This document shows positions 36,009-42,560 of a stretch of 42,560 nucleotides of DNA, piece after piece. Made by a program: the position numbers and the translations under genes. Origin of the DNA: Dehalococcoidales bacterium (GTDB taxonomy: Bacteria; Chloroflexota; Dehalococcoidia; Dehalococcoidales; UBA5760); assembly GCA_028717305.1 (NCBI GenBank), contig JAQUOC010000001.1, forward strand, positions 1-42,560, given 5' to 3'. The notes below the pieces were generated by a model. The model searched no databases and was not told the origin of the DNA. It worked only from the letters and a program-made list of their open reading frames with translations. The first letter of the stretch is position 1, and the number at the start of each line of letters is the position of its first letter.

Positions 36009-36191
36009 TTGCCACTCTATGAATATGAATGCCATAAATGTGGTGAGAGGTTTGAGTTAAGGCGGAATATATCTGATAACGATGGTGAGATAAGATGCCC
36101 GGAGTGTGGAGCCCCAGATATCCGCCGAAGGTTGTCCATTTTTGCCGCTCCATCTTCGAGCGGATCATGTGGGACCAGTAGCCCTACCTGA
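36009..36191 (+). CDS. FmdB-family zinc ribbon (CxxC_CxxC_SSSS type)
   Basis: MPLYEYECHKCGERFE...IRCPECGAPDIRRRLS...SSSGSCG. TTG start. Confidence 0.7.
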   Translation: MPLYEYECHKCGERFELRRNISDNDGEIRCPECGAPDIRRRLSIFAAPSSSGSCGTSSPT

Positions 36192-36250
36192 AATGTGAGG
36201 TTATGAGGCAGTCTGTCTCATACCAAATTATCCCGAAGGAGGATAAATTA

Positions 36251-36487
36251 ATGCCTATTTATGACTTCAAGTGTCGAGAATGCGGTAAGATCTCGGAGAT
36301 ACTGCTCCGCAATAACAACGAGGCTATTCGCTGCGCAAATTGTGGTAGCAGCGATCTCGAGAAGCTTATATCGGCATCTTGCGTCATTAAGAACTATTCC
36401 TCCACTTCTGGTGTTACCTGCTGTGGTAAAGAAGAACGTTGTGAAGCACCACCTTGTTCCACAGGGAATAGGTGTCGGAGAGATTAG
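36251..36487 (+). CDS. FmdB-family zinc ribbon with Cys-rich tail
   Basis: MPIYDFKCRECGKISE...IRCANCGSSDLEKLIS... with the tail CCGKEERCEAPPCSTGNRC. AGGAGG precedes the ATG at 36251; the track start at 36203 was trimmed. Confidence 0.7.
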   Translation: MPIYDFKCRECGKISEILLRNNNEAIRCANCGSSDLEKLISASCVIKNYSSTSGVTCCGKEERCEAPPCSTGNRCRRD

Positions 36488-36536
36488 TAACAACATAGGG
36501 TGTATTTATATGAATACTTATAAGGGAGGTTCATCG

Positions 36537-36875
36537 GTGAAGTATGCAGTACCTGTGAGCGGTGGCATGTTGTCAGCACATTTTGGCCACTGTGAGCAAT
36601 TTGCCTTGATTGACGTTGATGAGGTGAATAAGAAGATTCTGAATAAGAAGATAGTCAATTCACCGGGGCACGAGCCAGGATTACTTCCTAAATGGTTGGC
36701 TCAACAGGGCGTTAATTTGATTATTACTGGCGGTATGGGCATCAGAGCCCAGAACCTCTTTCAGCAAAACAGAATCGGAGTTATCGTCGGTGTCGTTGAA
36801 AATGATCCAGATAAAGCGGTAATTGATTATCTAAACGGCACTCTTACCAAAGGGAATAACATATGTGACCATTAA
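36537..36875 (+). CDS. NifX/NifB-C-type FeMo-cofactor-binding-fold protein (COG1433), stand-alone
   Basis: KYAVPVSGGMLSAHFGHCEQFALIDVD...GVNLIITGGMGIRAQNLF. The GTG at 36537 lies 7 nt after GGGAGG; the ATG at 36510 is an alternative. The 204-aa track ORF starting at 36261 is an artefact that overlaps the FmdB gene. Confidence 0.78.
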   Translation: MKYAVPVSGGMLSAHFGHCEQFALIDVDEVNKKILNKKIVNSPGHEPGLLPKWLAQQGVNLIITGGMGIRAQNLFQQNRIGVIVGVVENDPDKAVIDYLNGTLTKGNNICDH

Positions 36876-37023
36876 GCATCATGGTATGTGCTAGATTCCG
36901 AATCAGCGAAACTCTGTGACGAGGGAAACATTGAGCGTTATGCTGTCGGGATTTTGGTCATCTGGAAAAGTCATTCCCCGGCTCGTTTCGGAGAAGATCA
37001 ATTAATACGGGAGACCATCCTAT

Positions 37024-37485
37024 ATGAAGTGTGAATGGGAAAAATTCAGAACATCTACGGAAGAAGAGAAGAAGAAACTCTACTCAGTAATAGCCTTTAA
37101 ACGCGCCACCGAGCCGAAAAATCGGGGTGATATTAAGGATGCTGATGGTTATGCCATTCTAACCGGACCTTGCGGTGATACTATGGAAATTTGGCTTAAG
37201 GTTAATAATGACCTCATCATCAATGCTACGTTTATGACTGATGGTTGCGGGAACTCTATCGCTTCCTGTAGTACAGTAACCGAAATGGTCAAGGGTAAGA
37301 GTATTGCTGAAGTTCAACAGATTACACAACGAGATGTCCTTAGCGATTTAGGTGGATTGCCCAGGGAAGGTGAACACTGCGCTCTTCTGGCGGTAAATAC
37401 ACTCAAAGAAGCGCTTAATGATTACACTCATCGAAATACCAAAATAAGCAATCATGAAACGATTGTTGGGAAAATAATAGCTTGA
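37024..37485 (+). CDS. IscU/NifU N-terminal-like Fe-S scaffold protein
   Basis: Three scaffold cysteines in the expected contexts: TGPCGDTMEIWL, TDGCGNSIASCS, GEHCALLAVNTLKEAL. Confidence 0.8.
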   Translation: MKCEWEKFRTSTEEEKKKLYSVIAFKRATEPKNRGDIKDADGYAILTGPCGDTMEIWLKVNNDLIINATFMTDGCGNSIASCSTVTEMVKGKSIAEVQQITQRDVLSDLGGLPREGEHCALLAVNTLKEALNDYTHRNTKISNHETIVGKIIA

Positions 37486-37515
37486 GAGTTTGAATTAGAT
37501 TAGGTATTACTTAAT

Positions 37516-38412
37516 ATGAATAATCCTGAAATCTATGTTATGAATAACAAAATACGCTGGAATAGTCAGCCTTTAGACATGTGGCGAACTAAATATGCCT
37601 CCGGGAAATTCATCGATCTGGACGGTCATTTGACTCATTATGTAGATAAGGGCGAGGGACATCCGGTTATTTTATTGCATGGCTGGTTTCACGATTCCCA
37701 GATGTGGAACAAGAATATCAATGTCATTGCCCAGGAGTTCAAAGTGTACGCCATTGATCTCTGGGGTTTTGGCTACAGCACTCGCGAGATTATGGACTGG
37801 GGTTATCAATTATATGCGCATCAACTGGAAGCCTTTATAGAGAAGCTTGGAATTAAGCAGGCATCTCTGGTGGGACAATCCTTTGGTGCTGGGATCTCTA
37901 TCTTGTTTTGCACTCAGCATCCTGAAATGGTCAGTAAGCTCGCTCTTGTTTCACCAGCAGGATTACCTAACTCGTCATCGTTAGGCGAGACGGAGTTACA
38001 AAGAGCCCTAAAACAGCTTGTGTTGAATGATGAGGAATCCCGGCGATTATTACTGGAGACGATGTTTATTCACGATAGCGGCTCCATTTCCGAAGATTGG
38101 TTCCATGAGCTAACCCGTTTTCATGAAATAGAAGGAACAAACGAAGTCTTGCTAGGCAACCTAAAAAACAATTTCTTTGACGGACTTTCCAGAGAAATTG
38201 AAGAGCTGGGTGAAATAGATGTTCCGACTCTTTTGATCTGGGGGCTTCACGATAAGTCTATTAATCCTGAGCGGGGAATTAAGATGCACCGTATTCTGAA
38301 GAATTCACAGTTGGAGATTTTTAAGAAATCCGCACACTGTGCCAACTATGAAGAACCTGAAAAGTTTAACAGAATAATCATGCGTTTTCTCAAGAAAGAT
38401 CATCATTGCTGA
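37516..38412 (+). CDS. alpha/beta-fold hydrolase
   Basis: HG oxyanion motif (LLHGWFHDS), nucleophile elbow GQSFGAG, and a C-terminal His (SAHCANYEEPEKF). Confidence 0.8.
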   Translation: MNNPEIYVMNNKIRWNSQPLDMWRTKYASGKFIDLDGHLTHYVDKGEGHPVILLHGWFHDSQMWNKNINVIAQEFKVYAIDLWGFGYSTREIMDWGYQLYAHQLEAFIEKLGIKQASLVGQSFGAGISILFCTQHPEMVSKLALVSPAGLPNSSSLGETELQRALKQLVLNDEESRRLLLETMFIHDSGSISEDWFHELTRFHEIEGTNEVLLGNLKNNFFDGLSREIEELGEIDVPTLLIWGLHDKSINPERGIKMHRILKNSQLEIFKKSAHCANYEEPEKFNRIIMRFLKKDHHC

Positions 38413-38452
38413 AAACGATGTCAGGACGGTAAATAATATAGGAGTAAAAACA

Positions 38453-39427
38453 TTGATGTCAATAGCGTACGGACCAGTTCCATCCCGAAGACTAGGGCGC
38501 AGTCTAGGAATAAACAATATACCCCCTAAAATCTGTAGTTATTCCTGCATATACTGTCAGCTGGGGAAGACCTTGAAGGTTGAAGTTGAACGTAGAGCTT
38601 TCTATCAGCCAAAAGAGATTGCTGGGGCTGTAGAAGCCAGGGTCAATCAGGGCAGAGCAAATGGTGAGGCAATTGACTATCTGACTTTTGTTCCTGATGG
38701 AGAACCGACCCTGGATATTAATCTCGGCGAGGTTATAGAACTGCTAAGACCATTGGGTATTAAGATAGCCGTTATTACTAACTCCTCACTTATATCCCGT
38801 CAGGACGTTAGAAATGATTTGCAGAAAGCTGATTATGTATCGTTGAAGGTGGATGCAGTTACCCAAGACCGATGGCGCAGAATTAACCGTCCTCATAAAC
38901 TACTAAACTTTAACGGTGTTTTAGGCGGTATGCTTACCTTCGCCAGTAACTTTAAGGGTAAACTTACCACCGAAACCATGCTTATCCAGGGTATCAACGA
39001 TGAAAGGGAAGAAATCTATAGGATAGCCGATTTTACTAAGGAGTTGGAGCCAGATGTGGCCTATCTGGCCATCCCAACAAGGCCAGTAGCAAACCGGGCG
39101 ACTAAGGCTGCCGGTGAAGAAGATATCAATATGGCATATCAAATTTTCAAAGAAAAACTGAGTGGTGTGGAATATCTGATTGGTTATGAGGGAGACGCCT
39201 TTTCATTTACGGGTAATATTGAAGACGATTTGCTCAGCATCACTTCGGTACACCCAATGAGAGTGGACGCCGTAAAGGAACTTCTGAAGAAGGCTAATAG
39301 CGGATGGGAGACTATCGATAGGTTAATCGGGGCTGGTCGTCTTGTGGAACTAGAATATAACGGAAAGAGATTCTACATGAGGAAGCTGCCTAACACCGGG
39401 TCTATGAAATTGAACGTAGATGTATAA
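38453..39427 (+). CDS. radical SAM protein (COG0731-like)
   Basis: GPVPSRRLGRSLGINNIPPKICSYSCIYCQLG gives CxxxCxxC, followed by a GEPTL block. Confidence 0.8.
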   Translation: MMSIAYGPVPSRRLGRSLGINNIPPKICSYSCIYCQLGKTLKVEVERRAFYQPKEIAGAVEARVNQGRANGEAIDYLTFVPDGEPTLDINLGEVIELLRPLGIKIAVITNSSLISRQDVRNDLQKADYVSLKVDAVTQDRWRRINRPHKLLNFNGVLGGMLTFASNFKGKLTTETMLIQGINDEREEIYRIADFTKELEPDVAYLAIPTRPVANRATKAAGEEDINMAYQIFKEKLSGVEYLIGYEGDAFSFTGNIEDDLLSITSVHPMRVDAVKELLKKANSGWETIDRLIGAGRLVELEYNGKRFYMRKLPNTGSMKLNVDV

Positions 39428-39495
39428 CAGAGAATACTTTTCTCAGAATAAAGAAGAGTCGGCGTTTATCCAATAATTAGTATAATAGGTTTTAG

Positions 39496-40176
39496 ATGGA
39501 GCATAACATACTAGGCGGGGAAACAGACCTTGATGCTAAGGCTATAGCTTTCAACAGTTTAGCTAGAGAGTACGACTTGTGGTTTGAGAATGAAGGGAAG
39601 CTGATCTTTGATATTGAAGTACGTGCTTTTCAGGAGATCATGCTGTCGTTACCCCCTCCCTGGTTAGAGATAGGCGTGGGCAGCGGCCGTTTTGCCCGAG
39701 CCCTGGGAATCCAAAAGGGAATTGATCCCTCTAGCGAACTACTGAAAATTGCACAAAGCCGGGGAATAGATACTTGCTTAAGCAGCGGCGAAAGGTGTCC
39801 TTTTCAGCAGAACTCGTTCGGCACGGTATTCATAATAGTCACTCTCTGCTTTGTCGATTCACCCCGGCTCGTTTTGAAGGAGTCTCACCGTATCTTAGCT
39901 CCAGGAGGCAATGTAGTACTTGGATTAGTCCTAAGGGAAAGCTCCTGGGGCAAATTCTATGAACGAAAGAAGCAGGCGGAACATCGTTTCTACAAACACG
40001 CCACCTTTTACAGGTACAACGAGGTTGTAACTCTGCTAACACAAGCGGGTTTCTCAGTTAAAAAGGTCATTTCGACGTTGTTTCAGAGACCCCAAGAGTT
40101 AAGAGATATTGAGTTTCCGAGTGAGGGCTATGATCCCGATGCCGGATTTACCATAATTAACGCTGTCAGGAAATAG
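39496..40176 (+). CDS. class I SAM-dependent methyltransferase
   Basis: Motif I WLEIGVGSGRFARAL, plus LAPGGNVVLG. Confidence 0.75.
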   Translation: MEHNILGGETDLDAKAIAFNSLAREYDLWFENEGKLIFDIEVRAFQEIMLSLPPPWLEIGVGSGRFARALGIQKGIDPSSELLKIAQSRGIDTCLSSGERCPFQQNSFGTVFIIVTLCFVDSPRLVLKESHRILAPGGNVVLGLVLRESSWGKFYERKKQAEHRFYKHATFYRYNEVVTLLTQAGFSVKKVISTLFQRPQELRDIEFPSEGYDPDAGFTIINAVRK

Positions 40177-40199
40177 CATGTTGGTGAGATTAATCTGTA

Positions 40200-40883
40200 A
40201 TGAATCGACGCGGCGCTGAAAATAAGATGGAGTCAAATAAACAGGGAGATAAGCATAACTTTCAGGAATACGCAATTGTCGCTTGCGGTACGCTCAGTAT
40301 GGAATTGAAATATCTTAAGGATAGCGGTTTTCTTAATGCCGGAAAAATTCTCTATACCAAACCGGGTCTTCACCAGTTACCGCATGAACTGGAGAGCCAG
40401 TTAATACGACAAATAAATACTGCTCAGAGCTATGCCTCAAATATCATCGTAGTCTACGGTAGTAAGTTCTGCTACGTGAATACCGATGATCCATACCGGA
40501 GTATAGATACCATAATTGAGGAGCAATTTACACCCGGCATTAAAATCAGCAGGATAAAAGCGGATCATTGTATTGATATGCTTGCCAGTGCTGAAGATAG
40601 GGAACGCATAGCTCAGGGTAGAGACGTGTACTGGATGACGTCAGGATGGCTGAAATACCGGCACTATGTTTATCAGGGATGGGACAAAGGGCTAGCTAAC
40701 GAAAATTTCCCCAAACACTCTGGTGGTGCCATTATTCTGGATGCCACCGGTTTCTTTGATCACCTTATGGGAAATAATCCCGAAGAGATATTGGACTTAT
40801 CCGACTGGATGGGGATTCCTATAGAGTCGCATAAGATTACTCTGGACAGAATGAAATGTTTACTAATAGGAGCAATAGAATAA
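40200..40883 (+). CDS. DUF1638 domain protein
   Basis: The pattern AIVACGTLSMELKYL...LHQLPHELESQL...IIVVYGSKFC matches my memory of DUF1638. The start could instead be the ATG at 40227. Confidence 0.55.
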   Translation: MNRRGAENKMESNKQGDKHNFQEYAIVACGTLSMELKYLKDSGFLNAGKILYTKPGLHQLPHELESQLIRQINTAQSYASNIIVVYGSKFCYVNTDDPYRSIDTIIEEQFTPGIKISRIKADHCIDMLASAEDRERIAQGRDVYWMTSGWLKYRHYVYQGWDKGLANENFPKHSGGAIILDATGFFDHLMGNNPEEILDLSDWMGIPIESHKITLDRMKCLLIGAIE

Positions 40884-41042
40884 TAAAGTAAAGAGAACGC
40901 TTGGTAGAAATTGGGCCTATACTTAACATACACTGATAAGATCTAGCATGTTGATGTTATTGCTATTTTAATTACCACAGTACTGTGTGGCATGTTAGTC
41001 GGAGTTAATTAATATCTGTAAGGAGAGTAATCAGGTAAAGAT

Positions 41043-41333
41043 ATGGTCAGCTTTGAGGAAATTGAGAAAGCGCGAAAGCTGCTGGGTCTTGGTGAAGCAG
41101 CCAGTCTCAAAGAAATAAAGGCCGCTTACCGTAATCTGGCCCGTCGTTATCATCCTGATAAAGCCGGGGAGAATGAGAGCGAACAAGAGATGATGAGAGA
41201 AATCAATCGGGCGTATGAGTTGCTTGAAGAGTACTGCAAAAAGTATAAATATAGCTTTACAAAAAAGGCCTTTGCCAGGGCATATCCTCAAGAGGCGTAT
41301 ATTGAGTGGTGGTTTGAAAACTGGAGAATGTAG
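41043..41333 (+). CDS. minimal J-domain protein
   Basis: LKEIKAAYRNLARRYHPDKAG...INRAYELL contains the HPD tripeptide. It is only 96 aa, with no G/F or zinc-finger region. Confidence 0.75.
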   Translation: MVSFEEIEKARKLLGLGEAASLKEIKAAYRNLARRYHPDKAGENESEQEMMREINRAYELLEEYCKKYKYSFTKKAFARAYPQEAYIEWWFENWRM

Positions 41334-41404
41334 CTTCAAACAGTACTGGAGTATTTGATTTGGTCCTGATTAGGAATAACTCCAAGAAAGAAAATTTATG
41401 AGGA

Positions 41405-42274
41405 TTGATATTGCAAACCTATCTTGATTGCATTCCCTGCCTTTTGACTCAGGCTCTCAGAGCGGCGAGAGCAACTACTGACGATGTAAGTATCCACCGC
41501 AGAGTAATAGATTCGGTTGCGGGAATGGTCCCCCGGCTTTCACTGGACTTGCGACCGCCTGAGATTGCTCAGCAGTTTTACCGCTTAATCTCTAACATAA
41601 CCGGTGACGCTGACCCTTTCCGGGAAGCAAAAATTGAAGCTAATCGTGCTGCGCTATCCCGATACACGAATCTTAAGAAGATAGTTGCCGATACCGAAGA
41701 TCCCTTGTTTACTGCCTGTAAACTGGCTATTGCCGGTAATTCTATGGACTTCGGTAATAGCTTTGGGGAATTAAAAATTGATGAGATTATTGACAATGGC
41801 TTGAGCTCTCATATTGCCGTCAATGATTACGACCGGTTCAGGGAGTGTATTTCGCGTTCTCAAACCGTTATTTACCTCGGGGACAACGCCGGTGAAATTT
41901 TGTTCGATCGGTTGTTGATTGAGGAAATTCTTAGAATTAAGCATCTGGATATAGTCTTTGTCGTCAGGGAGAAGCCTATCATTAACGATGTTACTATAGA
42001 TGACGCCTGCATGACCGGTATGGATAAAATAGCCAGAATCATCGCCAACGGTTCGGACGCCCCGGCGACCATCCTGTCTCAGTGTTCTCCCGAAATGTTG
42101 AGCCTCTACTATTCTGCCGATATGATAATTTCAAAGGGACAGGGTAACTATGAGTCTCTCAACGAAGACAGTAAAAGTATGTTCTTCCTCTTGAGAGCTA
42201 AGTGCCGGCTCATAGCAGACATGCTGAGAGTGAAAATCGGTGACCACATTCTTAAGTATGATTCGGTGCATTAA
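41405..42274 (+). CDS. DUF89 / ARMT1-like damage-control phosphatase family protein
   Basis: CIPCLLTQAL..., YLGDNAGEILFD, ISKGQGNYESL blocks. TTG start. Confidence 0.78.
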   Translation: MILQTYLDCIPCLLTQALRAARATTDDVSIHRRVIDSVAGMVPRLSLDLRPPEIAQQFYRLISNITGDADPFREAKIEANRAALSRYTNLKKIVADTEDPLFTACKLAIAGNSMDFGNSFGELKIDEIIDNGLSSHIAVNDYDRFRECISRSQTVIYLGDNAGEILFDRLLIEEILRIKHLDIVFVVREKPIINDVTIDDACMTGMDKIARIIANGSDAPATILSQCSPEMLSLYYSADMIISKGQGNYESLNEDSKSMFFLLRAKCRLIADMLRVKIGDHILKYDSVH

Positions 42275-42433
42275 TACCTTGGATATTATGAGGGAAAAGA
42301 GAAGTAGACGAACGATATTAGCAGGTAAAATATTGAACGGAGTTATTGAGCAGCATATCAATTTATGGCTATCGGATAAGATTATATAGACAGAAGTTTT
42401 TAATTAACCATATGAATAAAGGGGGCATAAAAT

Positions 42434-42560
42434 ATGGAAGTTGGCACCTGGAAGGTTAAAACTGGGCTGGCGCAAATGCTGAAGGGGGGAGTGATCATGG
42501 ACGTCGTTACTCCCGAGCATGCCAGGATAGCCCAGGAAGCCGGCGCCTGTGCTGTAATGG
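42434..42560 (+). CDS. pdxS: pyridoxal 5'-phosphate synthase subunit PdxS, first 42 codons (continues beyond the right edge)
   Basis: My translation reads [42 protein letters not shown], the canonical PdxS N-terminus. Confidence 0.9.
   Translation, partial: MEVGTWKVKTGLAQMLKGGVIMDVVTPEHARIAQEAGACAVM

Noticed and set aside
36261-36536. N-terminal 92 codons of the 204-aa track ORF
   Set aside because: They overlap the FmdB zinc-ribbon gene in another frame and have no family resemblance. The NifX-like domain begins at a GTG (36537) with its own GGGAGG.
41031-41339. 102-aa minus-strand ORF
   Set aside because: It mirrors the plus-strand J-domain ORF, which carries the diagnostic HPD motif.

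Overview
42.56 kb of densely coding bacterial chromosome with about 55 protein genes. I recognised no rRNA, tRNA, CRISPR array, transposase or integrase. The gene content (CIRCE-controlled groES-groEL, an archaeal-type NrpR-like regulator, the COG1342/COG1433/COG1149 anaerobe cluster) suggests a strict anaerobe, possibly Chloroflexota/Dehalococcoidia-like; this is inference only.

Layout:
- 1-21.5 kb: housekeeping genes. tilS (partial), DUF2344, CorC-type transporter, tsaD, groES-groEL, NrpR-like regulator, hisF-hisH, a stand-alone GltB-type FMN protein, a PEP/pyruvate-binding ATP-grasp protein, a Vms1/VLRF1-like release-factor homologue, M16 peptidase, surE, hpt, adenine deaminase, a PRTase, an ABM protein and sbcD. 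Hand counts of sample 60-nt lines give about 52% GC.
- 21.5-30.9 kb: lower-GC accessory stretch (35% in the sample line at 22.2 kb). It holds decayed gene remnants, an MscS channel, a mirror-image module of two PRC-barrel plus Cys-less IscA-fold gene pairs around an atypical LuxR-type response regulator, a methyltransferase, and a CotH-VTC-DUF4956 trio.
- 30.8-37.5 kb: the best candidate for an uncharacterised system. Thirteen co-directional genes sit behind a perfect 30-bp palindrome: DUF134, DUF364, a Fur paralogue, four DUF5320-type Gly/Arg/Met-rich proteins (one fused to NifX, one to a zinc ribbon), two MinD-ferredoxin ATPases, two FmdB zinc ribbons, a second NifX-like protein and a NifU-like scaffold. 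No nitrogenase genes are present in the window.
- 37.5-42.6 kb: alpha/beta hydrolase, radical SAM protein, methyltransferase, DUF1638, a minimal J-domain protein, DUF89 and the start of pdxS.

All family calls come from reading motifs in the translations. No database search was run.
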